A stretch of DNA of 64,000 nucleotides, taken from the NCBI RefSeq assembly GCF_009914755.1, contig NC_060927.1; one strand, 5' to 3'. This DNA comes from the human T2T-CHM13v2.0 reference genome, Homo sapiens. This document shows, in pieces, positions 13,251-24,779 of the stretch; position 1 is the stretch's first letter, and every line of letters starts with the position of its first letter. Made by a program: the position numbers and the translations under genes. Below the pieces are notes generated by a model. The model saw only the letters and a list, made by a program, of their open reading frames with translations. It was not told the DNA's origin and made no database searches.

Positions 13251-14616
13251 CTTTCATCAAGTTTTTCACTATCTCTTGATGTTTACTTTTGTAAATGACT
13301 ATTTTTCTGAGTGCACTGAGTGATAACCAAGCAAAACTTTTTGAAAATCTACCCACCAAAAATATTGCTGAAATATAAAGTTTTTGTGAAATTTGACACC
13401 TCACTTTGGACCTCAAAGATATTGGATAAACATGAAAATGACTACTTCTAGTATCACAAAAACAATAAAAATAGAAGAAATAATTATACTACTAACTGCC
13501 TAAATCATCAGCCATTTTTCTTACATTTTTTAAAGCAATTGGTCTTCTCAGATTCTCAGTTGGAGGGAATGAGATTTCTTCCCACTTGGGAAGTGGGAAG
13601 CAGTAGGTAAGATAAAAATCACTCAGGAAATGTGAAAAGACTTGGCTTAAGTTGGGTAACTGTGCAGCTGAAAATTAGAATAATAAACTGCCTTTTTAAC
13701 CTGGATGAAATTTTTTTTACGTTTCATATTTCGGCATTCTAGAACTCTTTTGGAGGGCTTCCATCTCTCCAATTTGTTGCTAGTAAAATACAAAAACTCT
13801 GCTTCTTGCAAGGTGTTTGATTTGGAAGATATTCATTAACAATTACTCACCAGGAAAAAGGAACACTCTTTTGATCTTAGTAGTTCACCTTTCTTAAGCT
13901 GATTTAAGAGCTCCTCATCATGGTGCCCATGAGTGCTACATCAAATAATACATGTCAAAGCCCTAAAATATTAAGCAATTTCTGGTTAATAAGGAGTTTT
14001 TGAACAGAAGGAAATCTGTAACACTGTGAGCTTTTCGGTCTGGGAGTTAAGTAGATATAAACAGGACGAGGAAAGAATACACAATAAGCAACTTATCTCG
14101 TTAATTTTCCACACATTCCTAGACATTTGTGAGTGGATAACCTGGGCTTTTATTGTCCAACTGTCACTTTCACTGCATCAATTTAAAAATACAGCTGAAG
14201 AGCATGTTTTACTTAGAGTTTGTTTTTAAAACTAGCCAGTTAAATTGATCAGTTGTTAGATCTGACTTGATTACATCTAAGATATTCTCACAGGAAACTG
14301 GTTATGATAAGAACTTAAGTTCTATCATCTGCTTATGGTAACTTAGCACAAGAAGCATTTTTTTTTAAAGGCCCCTTTCTTATCTTTTATTATTCGAAAA
14401 TGAAAAACATATTTTTCTAGTATTACTGAGAAACACCAAGGGACCCACCCAACTCCCAGGCTACTCACTGTTCTTTCTCTTAATTGCTTTTGCATCATGT
14501 CCAAGTCTGAGCATTTGCACTGAACACATGCTTGATAAACTCTGCTGGCTGAAGATGCTTGTCTGCTTTGCATTCCTCAGCCTGTGAAGGATTTTTTTCT
14601 GCTTCACATACCTAAA

Positions 14617-14629
14617 GGGGCAAAGGTCA
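14617..14629 (+). promoter_or_regulatory. DR1 nuclear-receptor element (HNF4 or PPAR:RXR type), candidate
   Basis: GGGGCA-A-AGGTCA preceded by an A-rich 5' extension; motif match only. Confidence 0.4.
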
Positions 14630-14922
14630 AATCCCCTCAGCTGCAGATGAGGTCATATTGCTGATCGCCTGCAGCTGATCACAATAAAAACAAGTTCTCC
14701 CATGTGATCCATCCTCCCTATTTAGGAGCAGTGATGTCATCTCTAGTGAGACAGGATGAGACATGCAACTTGTTTTAAATTGAACTACATAAATTTTTCT
14801 TCTGACTTCACTGCAATCTTTTATTTACATTTTAGCAAAAGGATTAGTTTGGTCATCGTTTCAAACTAAAAAACACCCATAAATGAAATAGAGGGAGATT
14901 ATATTTTATAAGTAGTCATTCA

Positions 14923-15002
14923 TATTAAGTTGAGCCACATGAAATCGCCATTTTTCTATGTAAAATGATTGGATATTGGCAATTTCATGGTTCATCCTAA
15001 TA
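14923..15002. mobile_element. MADE2 (mariner Hsmar2-derived palindromic MITE)
   Basis: 80 bp, tattaagttgagccacatgaaatcgcc...ggcaatttcatggttcatcctaata; long terminal inverted repeats, TA ends. Confidence 0.85.
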
Positions 15003-15029
15003 CTTCCAAAGCACCTACCTCCTAGAATA

Positions 15030-15250
15030 TTAAACAAGTTCTAGAATCAGGCAGACCTTAGTTTGAATTCCAACTCTGCCATTTACTAGCTGGGTGATCT
15101 TAAAACTTTAGGGTAACTTTCAGAACCTCACTTTACTAAATTAAAAAAAATGAATAACATAATATGTACCTCACAGGGTTATAGCTAACACCTGTAAAGT
15201 CCTTAGGAAATCATTTGCCTACAGGAGGCACTCAATCCATGGTGTTAGTA
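15030..15250 (+). mobile_element. MIR
   Basis: gtttgaattccaactctgccatttactagctgggtgatctt...tacctcacagggtt...gcactcaat. Confidence 0.75.
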
Positions 15251-15542
15251 ACAATAGAATTAATACTGGTAGTGTAGTAACATAGGTCCCTTAGCCAAAG
15301 CCCTAGGGTCAGATGTGTTTCAGAGCTCGTAACTTCTCTGATTTTAGAAAAATCAGAAAAGTTATGAGTGGTGCTTATACTACTGTATACTACTGTATAC
15401 TTATTATATAGTAGTATAATATTATAGTATTATAATATTATACAGTACTATAATATTATAGTATTATATAGTAGTAGATATATTAGATACCATGAGGATA
15501 TTATGAGTAGTGCTTATACTACTGTACTGTAGTGCTTATACT

Positions 15543-15697
15543 CAGGACTAGCTACATAATTTACAGGGCTCTGTGGTGGGGGTGGGGAAAGCAAGGCATC
15601 TTGTTAAAAAATTATTAAGGATTTCATGATGCCACAGCAGAGCTTTTAGCCAAGTGCAGGGTCATTGTTAAGTGTAGGGCCCTGTGTGACTGCCCTG
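15543..15697 (+). mobile_element. MER45A (hAT-Tip100)
   Basis: caggactagctacataatttacagggc...ttgttaaaaaattattaag...acagcagagc...gggccctgtgtgactgc. Confidence 0.8.
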
Positions 15698-15945
15698 TTG
15701 TTTACATACTGTCTCAATATATACCCACAGTGTTACAGATCTTTTAGAATTTGTCTAGTACATTTTCCAGTTTTCACCAGGAATCTGCCTCCCCACCCCC
15801 CACAAAAAGTGAATAAAAAGAAAAGAAGAAGAAAACAAATAAATAAAATATATGTATACCCACAGCAAGGTCTGAGGACAGTATTCAAACACATTAATGC
15901 TTCTCTAGGAAAATGTTTGAATATTGACACTAAGTGGAGTACTTG

Positions 15946-16737
15946 ACATGAAAAAATGCTCACCATCACTGGCCATCAGAGAAATGCAAATTAAAAGCAC
16001 AATGAGATACCATCTCACACCAGTTAGAATGGCAATCATTAAAAAGTCAGGAAACAACAGGTGCTGAAGAGGATGTGGAGAAATAGGAACACTTTTACAC
16101 TGTTGGTGGGACTGTAAACTAGTTCAACCATTGTAGAAGTCAGTGTGGCGATTCCTCAGGGATCTAGAACTAGAAATACCATTTGACCCAGCCATCCCAT
16201 TACTGGGTATATACCCAAAGGACTATAAATCATGCTGCTATAAAGACACATGCACATGTATGTTTATTGTGGCACTATTCACAATAGCAAAGACTTGGAA
16301 CTAACCCAAATGTCCAACAATGATAGACTAGATTAAGAAAATGTGGCACATATACACCATGGAATACTATGCAGCCATAAAAATGATGAGTTCATGTCCT
16401 TTGTAGGGACATGGATGAAACTGGAAATCATGATTCTCAGTAAACTATCGCAAGAACAAAAAACCAAACACCGCATATTCTCACTCACAGGTGGGAATTG
16501 AACAATGAGAACACATGGCCACAGGAAGCGGAACATCACACTCTGGGGACTGTTGTGGGGTGGGGGGAGGGGGGAGGGATAGCATTAGGAGATATACCTA
16601 ATGCTAAACGACGAGTTAATGGGTGCAGCACACCAGCATGGCACATGTATACATATGTAACTAACCTGCACATTGTGCACATGTACCCTAAAACTTAAAG
16701 TATAATAATAAAATAAAAAAAAACAATTAAAAAAAAA
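15946..16737 (+). mobile_element. Young 5'-truncated L1PA2/PA3-like 3' fragment
   Basis: Close match to the L1PA ORF2 end and 3'UTR with G-tract, ...gtaccctaaaacttaaagtataat, and polyA. Confidence 0.95.
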
Positions 16738-17321
16738 GACTGTAAATATCTTTCTGTCAGTTCAGGTCAGATTTACCACCAAATGCATTTACCACAAACT
16801 TAGGAAAACCTTGCAGTTTTCAGAACATTTTGGATCTGGAATTTCAGATAAGGGACTGTAGTGGGGTTTACATTGTGTTTTCCAGGCTAGCCACACATTG
16901 GGGGTTTATGTAACAGACCTGAAGGTCAATCTGAGAATATTGAAGCCAAGGGCAATTGGGTTCGAATCCTGTTTTGACACATAGTAGTTGTGAGACTTTA
17001 GGCAAGACACTTTGGAGGCAGGGTTATAATGTGGTTCCCTAGGAGCCTTGGCTGCAGGGATGGGAGGGAAATCACAGCCTTCATTTACTGGTGGATGGAT
17101 GGGCAGCAAGCTTCTAATGACAACAATAAACATAACCAAACAATGCCCACCACCCCAAAAATGCAAACCCAACAATTTGACTTCGTCTTCTACTTTATTT
17201 AGAGTTCTGCCTTCACTTACTGTCTTCTGATGCCTCTCATCATGGTGTTAACTGTCATGCTAACATATTTTCTTTACAAATGCGCTCTTAATACAGAATG
17301 TGACCAGGGAGTGAAGCTGTG

Positions 17322-17730
17322 TGATATGGTTTGAATCTATGTCCCTGCCCAAATCTCATGTCGAAATGTAATCCTCAACATTAGAGGTGGGGCCTGGTGG
17401 GAGGTGATTGAATCATGGGGGCAGACCCTTCATAAATGGTTTAGCACCATCTCCTTGGTGTTGTTCTTGTGATAGAGTTCTCAGAGAGCTGGTTGTTTAA
17501 AAGTGTGTTGCTCCTCCCTCCTGACCCTGCCACTGTTCCCCCCTTGCTAGACACCTTGCTGTCCTTTTGCCCTCTGCTGTGATTGGAAGCTTCCTGAGGC
17601 TTCGCCAGAAGCAGAAGCCACTATGCTTCGTGTATTGCCTGCAGACCCATGAGCCAATTAAACCTCTTTTCGTAATAAATTACTCAGTCTCAGGTATTTC
17701 TTTATAGCAGTGTGAGAATGAACTAATACA
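17322..17730 (+). mobile_element. MSTA/MSTB solo LTR
   Basis: tgatatggtttg...actaataca with exact 5-bp TSD ctgtg. Confidence 0.93.
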
Positions 17731-18994
17731 CTGTGCCTCCTGTCTAAGCATCCATCCCAGCTCTGTCTTTGGCCAAAATTTGAGTCTGTGGAATAATAAT
17801 GGGTGCCATTTATTGCAACTTACCATTTTGGTGAACAAAGGGCAGTTCCATCCATGTATAGTAGGGGCTTGGAATCAGGTTTCTTATTGGAATCTATGAT
17901 GTATTTATCAGAAGCTATATATACTTGTATTATCCTACAATGACTCAATGGAATGATTCCTGAGGCAAGCAGTCTTAATGAAACCAAGTTGATTTTTCTC
18001 ACAATGCAGAAAGAAATCAGATTAATTTAACCTGTATAATATTTATTATTTTATTAATTATGTAATCTTCTTAGGATATAAAATAAGTGGACAGAATTTT
18101 TAAAAGTTTAAGAGGATGGGATTTTAATGGAAAACCGCAAAACACTTGAACAGAAAGAGATGCACAGACATACACTAGAAAAAAATACTATACCTTAATA
18201 TCCTTACAGATTAAGAAATAAAATAGTTGATAGAATTGTCCTAGTGGAGCATGAGACAATGAAATCATTTCAAGCATGCTGGAGTGAGAAAATTAAGGTC
18301 AGAACCTGTATTTCATCCATTTGCATCCTAGAAAATGAGGCTGCCTAAGAAAGCAAGCATGACCAACTCCAATTATTTTTTGCAAGTGGCATGTGCAATT
18401 GTGCTATCATTCAATAGAAGTTCAAAGTAGGAAAGTATCTTATTATGGTTGAGAATACACCAAGAAATTTCCAGTGGAAACAACTGGATTGTTAAACTGA
18501 ATGAAAATATTCAGAAATGAGTGTGTTTACCATAAAGTATCTAAATTCTAGATGCAAAACATCTGAATGTAAGTTATCCATGTAATAAGCAGAAGTGAGT
18601 ATAAATAATACAATCATTGAGACCGAGAAAGAGGTGGGTTATTTGATAAGAACTGCAGATGACTACTTTCCCCAGGAAAGGTATGCCCTTCAGTAACCAC
18701 CTACTACCATGTCTACCCTTACTTTTCGGAGGGAATAGCAGACTCTTCATAACTACTAGAGCCCTTTCTTATTTTGTGGGAGGTATGGGATGCCATGACT
18801 CCCTTGAAAAATCTGCACTTACCTTTTATGGGAGAAGTCTCATGCTTCACAATGTCTAGAGATTTGGAATTTCTAATTTTTTTTCATGTTTCACAGTCTT
18901 CTTTCCAATCTCTTAATATGGTATTCATTTTACTCTTGAAAATTCCTCCCTTGATTTTACCTGCTATTTGTACAGTACATGTACAAGTTTAAAA

Positions 18995-19242
18995 ATAAGA
19001 ATAGCCATGCTTATATCGCATGGACTCTGTGCTAGGCACTGTTCTGAATGCTTCACATGTATCTATTCATCTAACCTCACAATGTCTCTAAGAGCCACCT
19101 TAATGATTACCATTTCCATCTTAAAAATGAGGAAACTGACTTACAGAGAGGTTAAGCACCTTGCATCACTAATAAGTGGCAGAGCCCTGATTTCGATCCA
19201 AGGAGTCTGGTTCCAAAATCTTGCTTAACCACTCATGCTACT
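18995..19242 (-). mobile_element. Near full-length MIR
   Basis: gtgctaggcactgttct...atgaggaaactgac...agagaggttaagc...gtggcagagcc...cttaaccact. Confidence 0.85.
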
Positions 19243-19575
19243 GTTCTACCTTAGCAGACTTTCCCTTAGTAGGTTATTTTATTGGTGCCTTTAGTCCTGA
19301 ATCATTTTATCCCTTCATGTTTGGAAAGTATTCAATTCTTATAACAAACCAGAAATAAATGCCAAAAGCATCTTTGAAATCTTTTGAACTTCTCCTATTT
19401 GAGACATTTTTTAGACCTATCATCATGGACTTCACTTTCCCAACAGACTTGGATTTTAACAACTTCAGCACAGTGTTGCTATAACATCAGATACTGTGAA
19501 GGCACAATGGGACTCACCCACTTAGATTTCTGTGATGGGGCTTACTTCACACTCTAGACTCCAGAATCTTAAATC

Positions 19576-19635
19576 TTTTTTTTTGAGGTGGAATTTCGCT
19601 CTTCTTGCCCAGGCTAGAGTGCAACGGCACGATCT
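19576..19635 (-). mobile_element. Extremely 5'-truncated Alu (about 50 bp plus tail)
   Basis: T9 then gaggtggaatttcgctcttcttgcccaggctagagtgcaacggcacgatct; TSD ctccagaatcttaa at 19559-19572 and 19634-19647. Confidence 0.9.
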
Positions 19636-19801
19636 CCAGAATCTTAATTTTAATGGGCAGTGAGGGTCAATCCAGTCAAATAATTTATTTAACAAATACC
19701 TGGAAGGGTTCTTAATCTTAGAACTTTAGGAATACAAAAATTTTTTTTGAGAATCATTGCACTCACATTCTGTATTTAATTACATACAGTTTATTCATAT
19801 A

Positions 19802-20580
19802 TGACAGTTATCAATTTATTGCCCCTTAGCTCCAAATTTACTCTCCAATATTTGTTCTGTGATAAAGGAAGGAATTATTGTAAGCATCTCCTTTACAGTG
19901 AGGATGATGTTCAACATCCTCAGTAGAGGGCACTAGAAGGACATAGGAGGCAAAAGGGGATCTTCTGCTGCTTCCAGTGATTGTAGGGTCAGTTAGTGGT
20001 GTGATGATGAAGACAGGGTTGTGCTGTGTCCCAGCCAAAAGCCCAGAATATTTGGCCCCTACACAACCTTGAAGCTCCTGCCTGACCTGGTGATCAATTT
20101 CCTGGTCCTTATTGACAGAGACACTAGGAAACACTGCACTCTAGGCCTCTTCTCCTCAGGGTATTTGTTCTTCTTATTACTCCTATGTCTCTAACCACTT
20201 TCTGAAGCTCACTTATACTCTCACCATGCCTGGAAGGTTGTCTCTGCTTGCCAGCGTGCTGGCCACTGGCTGTATAAAGCGTGAGCCCCAGAGGGTTGTT
20301 TCCTGCTTGCTCAGTGACTGCAGAAGATCTGGTCCAGGCAAAGAGGAAACCTCTCTGCTGTTCACTGGGCTGCAATCTTACTTTTTCCAACCCAGACTTG
20401 GGGAGAAGTCACACGTTCCAAATTTGGCCTTTCTTTAGTGCTCTCCTCATCCTACGGTAGCATATTTAGCCTTAAAAATATTTTATAGTTACACTTTGAC
20501 CATAGTTTAATAACTTTGTATATTAAACTTCCCCTGTTTAAATCACTATATGATTTCTGACTCCTGATTGGACCTGAACA
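19802..20580 (+). mobile_element. LTR41-type ERVL solo LTR
   Basis: Start tgacag...aatttattgccccttagctccaaat; tctcctttacagtgag; end tattaaacttcccctgtt...ctcctgattggacc. Confidence 0.75.
19918..19936 (+). promoter_or_regulatory. CTCF-like motif within LTR41, candidate
   Basis: cctCAGTAGAGGGCACTAg versus consensus CCASYAGRKGGCRS, one mismatch. Confidence 0.5.
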
Positions 20581-20717
20581 TCTATATGATAAATATATAC
20601 AATAAAACAGAGAAGATATTCAATAGATTCTGGTGTCAGACCATTTCCTTTTTACTAGGAGTTTCCAACCCCATAGCTCTTTCTTGATATTCTTCATTTG
20701 TTTGTTTCATTCATAGT

Positions 20718-21835
20718 AGACTTAATTTTTTTGTAGTTAGGTTTACAGAAAAATGAACAGAAAAATGAGCAGAAAATACAGATAATTTCAATAGGACCCT
20801 TGCCCTCTCCCTTCAGTTTCCTCTGTTATTAACATCTTTCATTAGTGTGACATATCTGTTAGAATTGATAAGCCAATATTAATGCATTACTGTGAAATAA
20901 AGTCTATAGTTTACACCCAGTTGTACATTCTGTGTTTTTTCAAATGTATCTGTCACTGCTGTATCCTACAGAATAGTTTCACTGCCCTAAAAATTTTGTC
21001 CCTCCTTCTGACCTCCTGAACCCCTGACAACCACTGATCTTTGTACTATCTTCAGTTTTGCCTTTCCCAGAATGTCATATGGTTATACTGATACGGAATA
21101 TAGCCTTTTCAGATTGACATCTTTTACTTAGCAATATATGTTTAAGGTTCTTCCATGCATTTTCATGTCTTCACACCTCATTTCTTTTTATTGCTAAATA
21201 ATTCATCATATCTGGATGTACCACAGTTTATTTTTTTTACTTCCAACTTTTATTTTAGGTTCAGGGGTACATGTGCAGGTTTGTTATATAGGTAAATTGC
21301 ATGTTGTGGGGGTTTGGTATACAGATTATTTCATCACCCATGTAATGAACATAGTACCTGAGTAGTTTTTTGATCCTCTCCCTCCTCCTACCCTCCATCC
21401 TCAAGTAGAACCTAGTATCTATTTTTCCCTTCTTTGTGTCCATCTGTGCTCAATGTTTAGCTCCGACTTATAAGACAGAACATGTGATATTTGGTTTTCT
21501 GTTCCTGCATTAATTTGCTTAGGATAATGGCTTCCACCTCCATCCATGCTTCCACAAAGGACATGATTTCATTCTTTTTTATGGCTGCATAGTATTCCAT
21601 GTGCACCGCGGTTTCTTTATCCATTCACCTATTGAAGGACAGCTTGGTTGTTTCCAAGTTTGGGAAATTATGAATAAGACTGCTATAAATATTTATGTGC
21701 TTTTTTTGCATAGACAAAAATTTTAAACTTCTTTTGGATAAATACCAAGGAGCATTATTACTGGATCTTGTGGTAAGAATGTTTAGGTTTTAAAGAAATT
21801 GCCAAAGTGTCTTACACAGTGACCTGTACCATTTT
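20718..21835 (-). mobile_element. L1MC1/2-like 3' fragment, interrupted at 21230-21601
   Basis: ttaggtttacag...gagcagaaaatacaga; atagtttcactgccctaaaaat; resumes ttatccattcacctattgaagg. Confidence 0.8.
21230..21601 (-). mobile_element. L1PA13-16-like 3' end
   Basis: aacttttattttaggttcaggggtacatgtgcagg...ggctgcatagtattccat. Confidence 0.88.
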
Positions 21836-23752
21836 GCCTGCCTGCCTGCCTTCCTTGCTCCAATTTTCTTTCTTTCTTCTCTGAAGACAACTGTATAATG
21901 TGGCACTGCACAATCTCTCTCTAACCAAAGGGTGCAACCCCAGTGTTCTGCTGAAGATGCTCTACCTTCTTTTCTTGTGACATATAGTGACCTCTGCTTG
22001 CTGTGACCCTAGAAGAGGCTTTAAAGTTGGTTTGGAAGGAGGATGCTTAGGCCTGCTGTATCACAGGAACATAGATCCTCCTTTTCATTCAGGATTGTGA
22101 CACTTGCTGTGTAATTCAACTGCAGGATATAGCTTCCCTTCATGAAATCAGCTTCTTAATTGTTGGCAGAATTGGGAACCTTGGAAAATAAAGCCAAAAG
22201 GTTATGGAGATATTAAGTGGAAAACAGCTAGACATTTAAAAATATATAGTTCCTGAAGGACACTCCCTGAATGCCTATACATTAGAAGTTCCTGTTGGTT
22301 GAGGATGGCTAATAGTCTCCCATAGAAAAGAGCCAATGAGGACTCATCAATATTCCAGAATAAGCTTTGGATTTGGAGGTTTGAGAGAGGAGTGAGTTAT
22401 GAATATGTAAGGAAAGCTCTTTGCACATGGAACTATTTTATAATTCAGCCTCATGTGTCTCCTAAAGCCTGACAGCTCTCAGTTGACTCTTCTCTGATCT
22501 CACAGATTCCTGCATTCTCCTTCATCCTTCCTCAAAACAATTATGCTCTAGGCATTGAATAGAAAATTCTCTGCTGTTCAACATGCCATAAAATGAGAAG
22601 AACTAGGGAGAAGCATTCATTTCTTGCTTATACCACAGAAGAATTAAGATGGAAAAAATGGGCATGAGATTCCATGTTTTTCCTTAGGACAGTATTTCCC
22701 TCTGCTGGTGAAAGCCTGTAACTTTTTTATCACCAGTTAATGTAGCTTGAAAAGAAGTAATCAACCAGGATTGTCATTTGAGTCTGTGTTCTGGGGAATC
22801 ATTTGGTGTTCTCTTGCACATAATGTGTAGTTTTTAGAATCTAACAAAACTGCAGTGGAAATGATGTGTTACCTCTTCTTATTTTTTCACATATTCAATT
22901 CTAAAATATCCTTTCCCAAACAATGCTCTGGTGTCTGGGAGAAACTGCATTTATTTCACCAAATGAGCATCTCTCTCTCAGCTTGTGGTTTACTTTCCTC
23001 AGAGCCCAATTAATTATAATTTAGAAGGGAACCTCTTTTAATGCTTATCCCTGAAAACTCTCCTCTTTCTCTCCAGAGAATTAATGGTGTAATTGTATTC
23101 CATAGAGTTTGGAAATAATAGGTGTCTCACATCAAATTCAGTTGGCATAATAAGATCCTTGTGATTTTTGTAACCTGAAGCTATTCCACAAATTTCTCTC
23201 TTCTGAGGAAGGTTAACTCAGACAGTCCTAGAGGAATTGGGCTGTTATAGTGCCTTACCTGGAAGTAGACCACAGGAGATTTCTTAATAGACTCAAAAGA
23301 GGATAACTGAGCCCTATAACATGTACACATTTTAACACTAGTGTGATTTTTGCATGGATATTTAGCAAAAAGAAAGAAACAAATGTAAATACAGGGAGAA
23401 AAAGGAAATTGGCTTTGGGATTTGACTCACCTCTACATTTTGATGAAGGCAATGGGGTAAATAATTAAAACAATGTATTTATAGATGGCTTTTAGAGTAT
23501 TACCTGAATGCTGTTGCTACTGCAATGGGCTTAGGTGATGTATTATGAGCATAAATATTTACCTGTATCCTTAACACACTAATAATTATTCCAAGCTTAC
23601 CTCTTAATTTATTTTGACAGCTTGAATGTCCTCTTTTTGATTCTGTTTTTAACTATGTGTGTTTTTTGAATTGAATATTTACTTTCTCCTAAAACTAATA
23701 TTATTTTGGGAAGTCTTAAAAACTAATTTTCAAAAAAGGTGAAACTCATGAC

Positions 23753-24030
23753 TGTCAAAGAAATAAAAATGAACAGACGGTAAATATTTTATTCTACTCA
23801 TTTACCAATGAGGGAACCAGGGAGATGTTACAGCTGGCTCAGAAGAGAATCTGAAGACCAGACACATTTATAAATCAGAAATATTAAAATGAACTTGCAG
23901 GTGGGGGCAAAATTGGTTTTTCCACAGGAGGGGAAGGGAAATCAATTGGACTTTTATTGAACAGGATGGAATTTGCATGTCAATAGGCAAGAATTATTTT
24001 TGTGTTGTTACCATTTATTTTCAATTTACA
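23753..24030 (-). mobile_element. Diverged ERV1 (MER4-group) LTR fragment
   Basis: tgtcaaagaaa start is the reverse complement of the ...ttctttgaca LTR end; ttttattc is an antisense polyA signal. Confidence 0.4.
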
Positions 24031-24779
24031 GAGTTGCAAACTAGCTTAAAGACAATAAAACAGTTGAATCAGATAATCCTTAAGGTGTCCTTTAAAGTGT
24101 AAACTTCCAGTATATTTTTTCTCCTGCAGGAGAAAATAATTTTCTATTTGATCCTCTTTCCTCAATCAGTTTCCTTAGAAAACAGGCAGATGTAAGGCTC
24201 TCTCTGCAACTCCTAAGTTTCTAGATTAGATTCTTCTTGTTATTTCTCTCATACATGACACAGTGAAGTTAGATAAGAATTTGGATAGTGCACATGTGAG
24301 ATGATCCATCGTTAGAAGTCTTCCCCCCGATGAAGTTTTATTTAACTATGTAAAATATCCAATTTTCTTTGTTTCTTAGTTTATATTTATTTTGTTCATT
24401 GACTTTTTCTTTCAATTCCATTTAGCAAATATTTTTGAATCACTTATCCAGCGTCAGCTTTAAGAAAATAGAAGTAAGACAAAGCCTCTGTCCTCAAGAA
24501 ACTTGAATACAACAGATATGAACTTTACTTCATATACTCAGAGATACAAAACATATCAACATGCTTTAGTTTCTTTAAATCAAATATATTCTGAATCTGA
24601 GACCCAGCCACCTGTTTAGCAGAAAATTTAATCTCATTCATTACCTGTCTTCCTTGGAATCATATGTAAGTCCCAAGAGTTTTATTGAAAAGCTGATGGG
24701 TTTATGAAACTATTAACTCAAGACTGAGTAGAATAAGAATTAATAACATGGGACTGAATGAACTGGTGAGAGAAGATAA

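Larger units (their letters stand above)
15285..16860 (+). mobile_element. MER46C (Tigger-derived), split into three pieces (about 15285-15390, 15855-15940, 16735-16860)
   Basis: gggtcagatgtgtttcaga...; aaacacattaat...gaatattgacactaagtgg; gtcagttcaggtcag...gataagggactgt are colinear with the remembered consensus. Confidence 0.75.

Noticed and set aside
16557-16578. G-quadruplex-like G tract (also at about 57067-57088)
   Set aside because: Ordinary feature of the L1PA 3'UTR
21950-22460. Possible ERVL internal fragment
   Set aside because: Too diverged to support by eye
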